Origin: Octopus bimaculoides
Taxonomy: Eukaryota
DNA: 46,424 nt
Assembly (NCBI RefSeq): GCF_001194135.2
Contig: NC_068996.1
Location: 12,591,381-12,637,804, forward strand
Direction of reading: 5' to 3'
Position numbers and translations under genes: made by a program. Positions 35,698-46,424 of this stretch are shown here, in pieces. Under the pieces are notes generated by a model. The model had not been told where the DNA came from, made no database searches, and saw only the letters and a program-made list of their open reading frames with translations. Within the stretch, counting starts at the first letter, position 1, and each line of letters begins with the position of its first letter.

Positions 35698-35816
35698 GGG
35701 TGAATGGCCTAGTGGTTAGAGTGTTGCGCTCATGATCACTAAAATTGTGGTTTCAATTCCTGGACCAGGTAGTGCATTGTGTTCTTGAGCAAGACACTTC
35801 ATCTCACATTGTTCTA
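35698..35816 (+). mobile_element. tRNA-derived SINE family E head, interrupted by a MITE
   Basis: TGGCCTAGTGGTTAG A-box and GTTTCAATTCC B-box, then GTGTTCTTGAGCAAGACACTT. Confidence 0.65.
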
Positions 35817-36025
35817 CAGGGTGTCCACAAAGTCTGGGTACATGGAGTAACTAAAATCATAATATAAACAATTAAATATAAGAAATAATTTCTTAAAGTA
35901 TGTGTTAATCCCCATGTGGGTACATGGAGTAAATAAAATCATAACATAAACAGTTAAATATAAAAAATAATAATTTCTTAAAGTTTGTGTTAATCCCCGT
36001 GTACCCAGACTTTGTGGACACCCTG
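35817..36025. mobile_element. Tc1/mariner-type MITE, 209 bp, with internal tandem duplication
   Basis: TA|CAGGGTGTCCACAAAGTCTGGGTACATGG...CCGTGTACCCAGACTTTGTGGACACCCTG|TA; TIR matches at 28/29 positions. Confidence 0.92.
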
Positions 36026-36264
36026 TACAACCACCTCAATACCTAACATGTTGTATACTATGCAGCTGTTCAGACAACATCGACTTGATGGAGGGAGTGA
36101 ACTAATATACGGTACAAACATTCAATCACTGTTAAACAAACCATTTATGCTAAATGTTCAGCCAGAAATTGCAGAGCCATCTTCCTCAAACCACAAGAGA
36201 CTATCATTGTGTATCCATATTTGCTTGCGTGTGCATTGTTTTCTTTGTGCGTGGGAACATAGAC

Positions 36265-36650
36265 ATAGGTGCAAGTGTGATTTTGTGTTAAGATGTTTGC
36301 TTTCCAACCCTATGGTTCTGGGTTCAGTCCTACTACATGGCATCTTGGGCAAGTGTCTTCTATAGCCCCAGGCCAACTGAAGCAATGTAAGAAAATTTGG
36401 TTGGTGAAAACTGAAAGAAACCTGTTATATATATGTGTGTGTGTGTGTGTGGGGGGGTCTTTGTCCATCACTACTGCTTGGTTTGTTTACAGCCCCTGTA
36501 ACTTACCTGTTTGGCAAAAGAGACTGACTGAATGATTACCAGTCTTTTTAAAAAATTATTACTGGGATTATTTGTTTGACTAAATCCCTTCAGAAAAGTA
36601 CTCCAGCATGTCTTCAGTCCAATGACTGAAACAATTGAAAGATAAAAGAC
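36265..36650 (+). mobile_element. SINE A, full length
   Basis: Head, body and tail match the family. Confidence 0.82.
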
Positions 36651-36799
36651 ACATTTTAATGTATGTACATGGACTTATACATATGCTTATAAATCTTCAC
36701 AGGTATATCTGTATACTAAAGGTGATACTTCACATATTTTTACAGTTTCATTAAGAGTTTGTAACTGTAATTTGTTGATGCTTGGAAACAGCTTGCATG

Positions 36800-37060
36800 T
36801 GTGAGTCCAGTCAGTTGGAAACTCAGCATACCTGATGCCAATAGGTTTCAAGGGTCATCAGGAAAGAATATGCACTGTTTTGAGGCCTTCTTCTTGATAG
36901 CCCTCATCACTGATGTGAGACCTCCACCTACACGATTGAGTAGGGATCATCACCTCTCCAGCCAGATTTCATCATCCATTTTCAGTCATATCCAATGACT
37001 GACTCTCAACTTTTCTGGTTATGTAAAGCCTACCTTGTGGAGCTTGGTGCTGACATAATT
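36800..37060 (-). mobile_element. Possible very degraded RTE ORF2 C-terminal relic
   Basis: Weak W..LKMDD-like motif on the minus strand; many stops. Confidence 0.3.
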
Positions 37061-37589
37061 ACATAACCAAGTGCTGTAATTACCACAGGTATGAATCAAC
37101 TCTAATATAGTCTGGAAATCATCTGCAAATTTTTTTTTTATTTATTGTCAGTTAGTGTAATTTTTTTCTTTTACATTTAAACGTTATGTTAATATCATCA
37201 GACAATGATTTCCATTACTGTGCAAAATTTCCCTCTGCTTCTATACCTATATATAATCAAGTTTTTTTGCATCTATTTATATATGTCTTCACTAATTGAC
37301 TCTAATTTTATTCCCTAAGAAATAAGCACCTATTACAAAGTAATCTATTTTAAGAGGCTTAAATTACTGATGCACTAATTCCGGGGCTTACCAAAATAAA
37401 GTCAGTTTACAGGTAATTAGTAATGTAGGTTAGGTTTTTACCTGGAATAAAGAGATTAAGAAAAGCTTGCCATATGACCTAGTTTATTAGCACATTGTTG
37501 GTGCGTTATTGCATCTTTTTTTTTATTTCTCTCTTTTATTTTTGTTCTGACATATTTTTGATCTTTTCTGTCATGTGTGTTATTATTAT

Positions 37590-37760
37590 TATTACTTAAG
37601 GTGTATGCAACCCTGTTGTTCTCAAATTTTTTAACACTAGTGGCAATCAAATTCCTCCACAGCTACTTGTTTGATGAAGAACTTTCTAGGTGTTACTATC
37701 AAAGTTGATCTTAAGATTGTCTTTGAAATGCTTGTATGGATTGCACTGGGGACATCTTAT
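37590..37760 (-). mobile_element. RTE ORF2 C-terminal relic
   Basis: PYKHFKDNLK and WRNLIATSVKKFENNR resemble RTE 'PKKRFKD.LK' and 'WR..I..G...FE..R'. Confidence 0.6.
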
Positions 37761-37821
37761 TAGTATAGATACATATACCCAGGATATAACATGTATGTTA
37801 AATGATAATGATGATATATAA

Positions 37822-37955
37822 ATGTTTGCTTCCAAATTACATGGTTCTGTGTTCAGTCCCACTATAAGGAATCTTGGGCTAGTGTCCTCCCCTATAGCCC
37901 AAAGCTGGCTAAAACTTTGTGAGTGAATCTGGTAGATGGGAACTGAAAGAAGTCC
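37822..37955 (+). mobile_element. SINE A 5' part
   Basis: TTTGCTTCCAAATTACATGG...AACTGAAAGAAGTCC. Confidence 0.7.
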
Positions 37956-38046
37956 ATCAAAAAGAGGCCAGCAGAGCCTTGGCCTTGGACTGAAAGGCTG
38001 GAACTAGTAAAAGAATAAGGGAAGACATGTGTGTGTTCAGAATCAT

Positions 38047-38215
38047 TAGCATTAGGAAGGGCATCCAGCTGTAGAAACTCTGCCAAATCAGATTGGAGCC
38101 TGGTGTAGCCATCTGGTTCACCAGTCCTCAGTCAAATCTTCCAACCCATGCTAGCATGGAAAGCGGACGTTAAACGACGACGATGATGATGATGATGATG
38201 ATGATAATGATGATA
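38047..38215 (+). mobile_element. Young RTE-type tail plus (GAC/GAT)n
   Basis: CATTAGGAAGGGCATCCAGCTGTAGAAAC...CCCATGCTAGCATGGAAAGCGGACGTTAAACG. Confidence 0.85.
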
Positions 38216-38629
38216 TATATATACTTTCTGTAACAGAATGCAATAGAGTGTTCCTCTGAAGATACATTGTAGTTAGGCATCCAAGTGCTTTTGAAAACTC
38301 CAATGCTGAGTTCCAAAGAACAGCCATGCTGAAACAAACATAAGGGACTAATAATTTGTTTATCTTAATTTTTCCCATATATATATATGTGTGTGTATAA
38401 ATATATAAATCAATTCATTTTGCAAAATTCCTGATGTGAAATCGTGTGTTGCATCTGTGACCTCTTCAGTGACACAAGTTTTGCTGAAGAGGTCACAAAT
38501 GTGTGATGAAAGATTTCCAGACAATGGACATGAATTAAATAATAGATTAAGAACAGTAATAAACGAGTGAAGAAAAATTATATAGTGTGTGTGTTTATTT
38601 GGCAAAAAAAAAAAAATTACCATCCCGAA

Positions 38630-38935
38630 ATACAACAATATATATATATATAAATATTGTATTTGTGTACCATTTCTCCAGTTTTTTTTTCTGTCCTTGC
38701 TTACATATACATTTGCTGCTTTCTTCCAAGGTATCTAATGCTCTCAGCTTAGTTTTTTCTTGGGGCTGGCCAGATTGGAGCAATCTCGAGTATAACCAGC
38801 TGAAATTGCAAAGATAATCTGGAACTCGACTGAGGAAAGAAAACTTCGAATGATCTATCCATGTTTTTTCTTGTCCCGCTTTTGTATCATCTGTCTGGAT
38901 GTTTTATGTTCTTGTCCCATTTTTTGTATTCCTTT
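38630..38935 (+). mobile_element. Second copy of the 25.5-25.8 kb repeat
   Basis: GCTGCTTTCTTCCAAGG...GGGGCTGGCCAGATTGGAGCAATCTCGAGTATAACCAGC...GGAACTCGACTGAGGAAAGAAAACTTCGAA. Confidence 0.8.
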
Positions 38936-38954
38936 ATATATATATATATATATT

Positions 38955-39105
38955 ATCACAGATTTTTTCAGTTTCTGCCTATCAGATCTGGCATAAGGTT
39001 TTTGTTGACCTGAAGTCACAAGACATTTGTTCAAGGTGCCAAGTTGTGGAACTGAACCCAGAACTATGTGGTTGGAAAAAAAAATTCTTACCACACAGCG
39101 AGGCT
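38955..39105 (-). mobile_element. SINE A 5' part
   Basis: TTCAGTTTCTG...CTTACCACACAGC. Confidence 0.7.
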
Positions 39106-39529
39106 TTTATATATATATATGATTACATCATGTTACCGAATTGCAATTTATGAAAGAAATGAGGTTAAACTGTTTAAAGTGTTTTTGTTTTTTTTTGAAC
39201 GGCTATTAACTTAAGTGTACTTCCATCATAAAAATATGGGTTCCAACCTTTGTTCAAGGTTAATAAAAATGTTCAAAGTTGATGTTGTTGTTATTGTTAT
39301 TATTTTGGAAATATATGTTAACCTACTTTTGTTGCCAAAATATTTGGCTTATTAATAAGTGTGCATGTATATGTTTGTTTGAGTGTATTTGCTTCTGAGT
39401 CTCTGTTTATGTGTGTATGTGTCCGTGCATCCTTTTTAGTTATCTATATTAGTGTATCGGCTCTTGTCTGCATGTATGCATATGCACTTATGTGTGTATG
39501 TATGTATGTGTGTGTATGTATATATATAT

Positions 39530-39542
39530 ATGTATCTATATC

Positions 39543-39573
<31 letters not shown>

Positions 39574-39576
39574 CTA

Positions 39577-39649
<73 letters not shown>

Positions 39650-39680
39650 GTATATATATATATATGTGTATATATATTCA
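39530..39680. repeat. (TATC)n/(TA)n microsatellite
   Basis: Read directly from the sequence. Confidence 0.9.
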
Positions 39681-39759
39681 ATGTCCTAGTTCATCTGAAT
39701 CCTTATAAAACAACTCCTATTACAATTTGTTATCTGAACCTCTATATCAGTTCTTCTCT

Positions 39760-40380
39760 TTCCTCCATTTCTCTTGCTGCCATCGCACCCCTTCCCGACC
39801 ACACCAGAAAGATTTCGAGTTTTCTTTACATAGCACAGAATGTACTTAAGTTCCATCTAAGCAATTGTTTTCTCTCTACAAAGCTCAAATTCCTTTCATG
39901 ATGGAATTTTTGACTATATTCATAAAACTTGGCGTTAAGCCTTCTTCCAAGGAATGGATTCTATTTTTCTGTCAGCCTTCACTATTTAGTAACACCTCTC
40001 CTTTCTGCCCTTATAATTGGTACTAAAAGAGTCATTGCTCTTTCAAAAGTGCCAGCTTCATTCCAATCTCATACTTAATTTCTTGCACTATTCGCTTTAC
40101 CACTTATTTTCTTAAATTCTACCCATTTCACTCCGTCTCTTTTTCTCTCTGCCTTAACCTCCAAAACAAATTTCTGTTCCTTAGCCAATGGGAGAGCCAC
40201 AATTTGATTAGAAATAACCACCAAGTCACCCCAAAAAATTCCTGCCCTTCCATCTTAAAAAAAAAAGCAAAGAACACATTATGTAATATCATCAGAGGTA
40301 ATCCAAAGTAGACAAGAAGGTCATATTTGGCACTACTTATATCATCAATCTGTTCACCAGCAATTATACTGCAGAGGAGT
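39760..40380 (-). mobile_element. Possible L1/Tx1-like ORF2 C-terminal relic
   Basis: Trp-rich LWLSHWLRNRNLFW resembles the 'IW..RN..IF' motif; otherwise degenerate. Confidence 0.35.
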
Positions 40381-40387
40381 TGTAGGT

Positions 40388-40695
40388 TCAAGCATGGCTG
40401 TGCGATTAAAAGCTTACCTCCAAAACATGTGGTTCCAGGTTCAGTTCCACTTAAGGCAAGTGTCTTCTACTAAAGTCCTGGGCCAACCAAAGCATTGTGA
40501 CAAGATTGGTAGAGAGAAACACATTTGTGCACGCCTGTGTGTGTCTGTTTTTGTGTCTTTGCTTGACCCCCATCACTGCTTGACAACCAGTATTGGTTTA
40601 CTTACATCCTTGTAACTTAGAAGCTTGAAGAAAACCTTTCAAACAATACTCCAGCATGACCACAGTCCAGTGACTGAAATAAGCAAGAGATAAAA
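40388..40695 (+). mobile_element. SINE A with internal deletions
   Basis: Head and tail CAGCATGACCACAGTCCAGTGACTGAAA. Confidence 0.75.
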
Positions 40696-40757
40696 GAATA
40701 CTTGGATTGTTTTAATTTTCATACCTGCTAATGATGGAGCAAAGGTCACCTGGAATT

Positions 40758-41159
40758 GTGTGTGTGTGTGTGTGTGTTGGCACTCCATCGCTTACGACAT
40801 TGAGGGTTCCAGTTGATCCGATCAACAGAACAGCCTGCTCGTGAAATTAACGTGCAAGTGGCTGAGCACTCCACAGACACGTCTACCCTTAACGTAGTTC
40901 TCGGGGATATTCAGCGTGACACAGTGTGACAAGGCTGGCCCTTTGAAAATACAGGTACAACAGAAACAGGAAGAAAGAGTGAGAGAAAGTTGTGGTGAAA
41001 GAGTACTGCAGGGTTCGTCACCATCCCCTGCTGGAGCCTCGTGGAGCTTTAGGTGTTTTCGCTCAATAAACACTCACAATGCCCGGTCTGGGAATCGAAA
41101 CTGCAATCCTATGACTTCGAGTCCGCTGCCCTAACCACTGGGCCATTGCACCTCCACCT
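40758..41159 (-). mobile_element. tRNA-derived SINE family C, full length, (CA)n tail
   Basis: Reverse complement of 34468-34850 with scattered differences; TSD CCTGGAATT at 40749-40757 and 41160-41168. Confidence 0.92.
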
Positions 41160-41379
41160 CCTGGAATTATACAGCAACAAATAACACCTTAGATAATGGA
41201 GTTCTAGATACACTATGTCTGAATATAAGATGGGATATTCACTGCAGGAATATCTTTTATCATGGATGTGCTGGATTAGTGCTCTGGCCTGTTGGATCCT
41301 GTTGAACTCTCCAATCTAGAGCAGCATAGAAAATAGACATTAAAAGATGATGATGATTATATATATATACATGTATGTT

Positions 41380-41382
41380 TGT

Positions 41383-41463
<81 letters not shown>

Positions 41464-41482
41464 CATCCATCCATCCATCTAT

Positions 41483-41517
<35 letters not shown>

Positions 41518-41527
41518 CCCATCCATC
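41380..41527. repeat. (TATC)n grading into (CATC)n
   Basis: Read directly from the sequence. Confidence 0.9.
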
Positions 41528-41534
41528 TTTCTTT

Positions 41535-42025
41535 TTATCTTTTACTTATTTCAGTTATTAGACTGTGGCCATGCTGGGGCACTGCCTTGAAGAGTTTTTA
41601 GTCAAACAAGTGAATTCCATACTTTTTAAAAGCCTGTTACTTATTCTATTGGTGTCTTTTGCTAAACTGCTTGGTTATGGGAATGTAAACAAACCAACAG
41701 TGGTTTATGAAGCAGTGTGGGGGACACGCAGAGTCTTCTTTCAGTTTATGTTTACCAAATCCACTTGCAAGGCTTCAGTTGAATTGAGACTATAGTCGAA
41801 GACACTTGTCCAAGGTGCCACATGACACCATGTGGTTAGGAAGCAAGCTGTGCCTGTGCTTATAAGTTTATATAGTTATATGCATACATATTTACAGACA
41901 CAGGCATTCCACTGTGGAATGCATACCAATAGAATATCTATCAGACTTAAAAATAATAAGTGCCAAGGTTGATTAGTTTGACTAAAACTTACAAGGTGGT
42001 GCTCCAGCATGACTGTAGTTTAATG
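41535..42025. mobile_element. SINE A minus copy (41535-41860) and plus-strand tail (41900-42025)
   Basis: GACTGTGGCCATGCTGGGGCAC...; GGTGGTGCTCCAGCATGACTG. Confidence 0.75.
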
Positions 42026-42029
42026 AGTG

Positions 42030-42225
42030 GTGGTGGCATGTAAAAAGCACTCAGCACACTCTGTTAATTGGTTGGCATTAGGAAGGGCATCCAGCCTTAG
42101 AAACCATGCCACAACAGACATCTGAAGTCTGGACAGCACCCTGCTAGCCAGCTGCATGTCAGACCATCCAACCCATACCAGCATGGAAAGAGGACATTAA
42201 ACAATGATAATGATGTTGATGATAT
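42030..42225 (+). mobile_element. RTE 3'-UTR/tail fragment
   Basis: GGTTGGCATTAGGAAGGGCATCCAGC...CCAACCCATACCAGCATGGAAAG. Confidence 0.78.
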
Positions 42226-42272
42226 ATGCACTTATATAGTTATATGTAAACACACATACTGATCTATGTGTA

Positions 42273-42336
<64 letters not shown>

Positions 42337-42399
42337 ACAGAAATAATATGTTAGAAAACAAAATAGAAACTACCCGTGGAAATGTAAGGGGAAAGTAAG

Positions 42400-42860
42400 T
42401 AGAAAAATAAGCAAAAATGCACATTGGAAATCAAAAAAAAGTTAAGGCTTTTTATGAAAAGTAACGATAGATATGTACAATTAGATGAATTGAGGGAGGA
42501 ATAAAGGTAATAAAAGTCATTATTGCGAGTTGTTAAAGAGATTTAAAAGCATACCGGTTTCGTGATATTACTAGTCATTGCTTTGAGTGCACACCGAATT
42601 CTGAACGGTGTCAAGTCTATTAGTCCCTGAGTAAAAGGATTATGTGTAAGGGCGGTAAGTAGTTCTGGATTTGGTGCAATTAGGGTAGATCTAGATCTGT
42701 AATGTGAATGGTGTATGGGATGTATGGGGGTTAGTGGTATTAAATGAAAGGTTAGTAGTGTTCTATATTATGTTATGTGTTCATATTTAGTTGAGGAAGA
42801 TATTTATTAATGAATATATGTATAAATATCTTTTGATTTATTCTGAAATAAATGTGAGGA
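42400..42860 (-). mobile_element. Penelope-like element 3' end (third type) with hammerhead relic
   Basis: Minus strand IFINKYLPQLNMNT* resembles the PLE C-terminus 'FI.K.KP.LN'; downstream AAAGCA-ATGA...GAAACCGGTA-TGCTTT. Confidence 0.65.
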
Positions 42861-42869
42861 TTGAAAAAG

Positions 42870-43755
42870 CCAGCTAAACATTTGAAAGGCTTGAAAATAA
42901 TCAATCAATAAAAGGCTTGAAAGAAGTATCAAATCCAAGCCCTGCTTCTATGAATCATGCATCTTAACTGTTATTCTATATTCTTCTGAGACTTGGACTA
43001 CATATTGTAATCACACCAAGGCTTTGGAAAGATTCAATCAGACTTGCCTTAGCAGGATTTTAAATGTCAGATGGTCATCTGTAACAACAGACAGTTGTTT
43101 TTCAGCAAGACAACGCATACAGTACTGAAATGCTTCTCATACACTCTCAGATCCATTGGGTGTCCTTACAAGGATGCATGATGACAGGTTATCTAAGCAG
43201 TTGTTTTACGGGGAGTTGCAACATGGTAAATATCTGAGGCATAAACTTAAGAAATGTTTTAGGGATTCCATCAAAAGCAGCTATAAGGTTCTTAGTGTGG
43301 CTGTTTGAAAACTGGGAACAGATGATGGAAAATTGATCAGTTTGGAGAGAATGGTTGTAAAGTATTTGAGTCTTGAAGAATCAAGGAAACCATCTTGAAA
43401 ATATCAGTTCATGAACAGACCTTAGCTTCAATTCCAAACACACTTCTGCCTGAGAATGTTTTTAACATCTGCTGTACAGTCTGTTTGTCCCAAACCTAGA
43501 CTTGCTAGGTATGTGAGATTTCATGATGATATTTACTGATTGAAAAGAAGATTTTCTTCTCTAATTAAGTGGTAATCACTGCTTAAATATATTTGGAAGA
43601 CTCAAAAAAGTCATATGTGATCTGACAGAGATATTACTATCATAACCATGCTCAACATCTACGAATCTTTGGATTTTAGCTGCTCTTTTATATTCTTCTG
43701 AGATTTGGACTACATTTCCTTGGCACATCAAAGCTTTGGAAAGATTCAATCAAAC
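42870..43755 (+). mobile_element. RTE (BovB-like) ORF2 C-terminal relic with a partial duplicate at 43600-43755
   Basis: LYSSETWTTY..HTKALERFNQ (twice) and DDRLSKQLFYGELQHGK..KKCFRDSIK. Confidence 0.8.
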
Positions 43756-43794
43756 TTGTTTATATATATATGTATGTGTATATGTGTACACACA

Positions 43795-43836
<42 letters not shown>

Positions 43837-44172
43837 CACATCTAGTTTTGACTGGAGAACAATGAATAAACCCTTATTGTTCTTTCAGCACAAACTTGGA
43901 ATTATAATTTATGGTACAGTATTGTTTTTCCAGGTCAGAATAACTGTTGACATTTCTAATTAGCTTAGTTTGAGCTGTCAACTTTGCTCCACAACGGCTT
44001 ATACTCAAGTTACAATTCACATCTAAGCATGACTTGATGATATAACAATAGATCATAGCTGTACCATTGAAACTAACCTAAAATAGGAGGTAGCAAGGCC
44101 TGTCACAAAGGAATACTTGTCTGATCTAACTGAGATTGTAGGATATGCTATAATGATTCTTTAAATCATTAC

Positions 44173-44225
<53 letters not shown>

Positions 44226-44279
44226 CCACCATCATCATCATCGGCATTGTCATCATTATTATTAAAGCAACAGTTAGAA

Positions 44280-44465
44280 TTATTTGCATACTTTGTGGCA
44301 TTTCTTCTGGCTTTAAGTTAGTCTGAGTTCAAATTCTGAGAATTTTGACTTTGCCTTGCATCCTGTTGAGTTCAGTGAAATAAGTACCATTTGCGTACTG
44401 GGGGTTGATGTAATCAACTGCACCTCTGCTCTCAAATTTCGGGCTTTCTGCCCTTAGCAGAAACT
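44280..44465 (+). mobile_element. SINE B1, degenerate
   Basis: CTGAGTTCAAATTCTG...AATAAGTACCA...CTGGGGGTTGATGTAATCAAC followed by (ATT)n. Confidence 0.75.
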
Positions 44466-44521
44466 ATTATTATTATTGTTATTATTATTATTATTAATAT
44501 TATTATTATTATTATTATTAT

Positions 44522-45760
44522 ATGAAAACTTACAGCTTATTCTGCTGGGTATGATGGAAAGTGTCAGCTGTCCACAGACAGCAGACTAAGGTGACACTTG
44601 TTTATCGGTCATGCTTCAAGAATCCTGTGATGAATTCTTGCAGTTCCAAGCAATTCTGATTTTTGTGGGTGTTCTACCTTCACACTTGCACCAATCTTTT
44701 TGAGCCATGTTGGTAGTTGAGTGCTAATACTTCCAAATGCACCAATTACTATTGGTATCACGTCTACTCTCTTCATTGACCAAAACCTTCATATTTCCCT
44801 CTTTAAATCGTCGTAGTTGCTTATTTTTTCTTCTTTTACATTGATCCTGTTGTTACCGGAGCATGCTATGTCGATTATCATACATGTTCTTTCTTTTTTT
44901 ATTCACCACAACAATATCCAGTTTTCAATGTCTGGTCTGGTGATCACACTGGATCATTACATCCTACAGGATTTTGCAATTATCATATTTGATGACTCCT
45001 TCTCACGTTTGCTCATGTGACATCTTTGCTCTTTGTAGGCCATGATTTCCATAGAGTCCCCAATGGATCCTTCTTGCTACATTGACATAGCATCTTTTGT
45101 ATTCCTGTTGTGTGCCACACATTCTGCATTTGTTGCACTTGGTAGTGTTGTCTATTCTGCACTTCATATAATTAGTCCTTAATGCTTGTTCCTGAGCTGT
45201 GTATATGAGTGCCTCTGTCTCTAACTTCTGGTCACTCCTCCTCATCCATAGCCACTGGTCCTCTGTATCTGTCTGGGTGTTCATATCTCTGACTATCATA
45301 CATTTTCTTTTCCTTCCATGCTTTTCTTTTTTTGTTCATTTCTTGTTTAAAATTTTCTGTCATTACACAATTTTCAGTTTTGATGACTCCAGCCTTCTTT
45401 GTGTGTTTCAACAATAGCTCCATGTCATTTTGTATATACCACCCTAGGCTGGTTTCCTCAGTTTTGATACAGTCTTGGCAACTGATTAAACCTCACCCAC
45501 CCTTTCTTCTGAATAAGTCCAACCTATCAGCATCACCCTTGGGGTGGAAGGCTCTGTGTGCTGTCAAAATTTCTCTTCTCTCTTTTGCTATTTTATAAAT
45601 TCCCGCTTCATACCAAAGTGATGCTATCACCCACATATTAACCACTTGGATTTTATTCCATCCGCTCAATTTTGAGCGCAACACCAACCTCAATCTTCAG
45701 AAATACTCCATCCTCAGTTGCTCTTTCATTTCCTTATCCATTATCTTATTGAACTATTAT
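44522..45760 (-). mobile_element. 5'-truncated R4/Dong-clade non-LTR retrotransposon (CCHC and restriction-like endonuclease region)
   Basis: HRAFHPKGDADRL, KLETEALIYTAQEQALRTNY..CRMCG, VARRIHWGL, PIVIGAFGSI and ELLGTARI; both ends lie in (TAA)n on the element strand. Confidence 0.85.
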
Positions 45761-45779
45761 TATCATTATTATTACTATT

Positions 45780-46145
45780 AACTGAGTTCAAATTCCACCA
45801 AGGTCGACTTTGCCTTTCTTCCTTTCAGGGTCAATAAATTAAGTACCAGTTGAACACTGGGGTTAATGCAATTGGCACATCTCATCCCACAAAATGGCTG
45901 CCCTTGTAAAATTCAAAACATTATTATTATTAAGGCAGTGAGCCAGGAGAGTTGTTAGCATGCTGGATGAAATGCTTAGTGGTATTTTGCCAATCGCTAT
46001 GTTCTGAGTTCAAATTCTGCCATGGTCGACTTTGCTTTTCATCCTTTCGGAGTCAATAAATTAAGTACCAGCCGAATACTGGGGTTGATGTAATTGACTA
46101 AACCCTTCCCCAAAAATTTCAGGCCTTGTGCCTATAGTAGAAAGG
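45780..46145 (+). mobile_element. Two SINE B1 copies (partial, then full) in (ATT)n
   Basis: Full copy about 45930-46145 ends TAGTAGAAAGG(ATT)n. Confidence 0.85.
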
Positions 46146-46187
<42 letters not shown>

Positions 46188-46424
46188 TTATGTTTGACTT
46201 TTGTTTTGCATTTGTACAAGTTGGATCCAAGTCTCACCCAGAGACCTCAAGAGACAACAATTTAGAAGTTCATGTAGGTGTTATGCCTAGGGTACCATAT
46301 ATTTGGATTTGTACAGTTTTGTTCAAGTGAATGTTTAAGAAACCATAAGAAAATTATGTGTTTGCTTTAAAATTTGAGATCACATAGACAGTATTTTACG
46401 TAGGATATGGGCAGTTCCCATGAG

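Noticed and set aside
44522-46145. SINE B1 mobilised by the neighbouring Dong element
   Set aside because: Their 3' ends share no sequence and they sit in the microsatellite in opposite polarity.

Overview
AT-rich, microsatellite- and retroposon-dense animal DNA, most likely from an octopus; this is inferred from the repeat families and style and was not checked by search. Five N-gaps are each bordered by (TA)n or (CA)n. Only one host coding exon can be supported: 14328-14673 (+), the first coding exon of an estrogen-related receptor (ERR/NR3B). It encodes the N-terminal domain, with a phospho-SUMO motif, and the first zinc finger (P-box CEACKA). The next ERR exon was not found, so the remaining ~31.7 kb is probably intron. 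The rest is repeats: tRNA-type SINE families (labelled here A, B1, B2, C, E; working names only), RTE, CR1, R4/Dong and Penelope-like relics, piggyBac-type and Tc1/mariner-type MITEs, and a fold-back element. Highlights: (1) a near-intact 5S rRNA joined, after its TTTT terminator, to a 43-bp retroposon tail that also occurs alone at 7.9 kb; (2) a young SINE inserted three times at C|AGAANC inside other SINEs; (3) degenerate hammerhead-ribozyme cores behind Penelope relics; (4) inverted SINEs bracketing the ERR exon. All alignments were made by eye, so repeat boundaries are approximate (about +/-20 bp).
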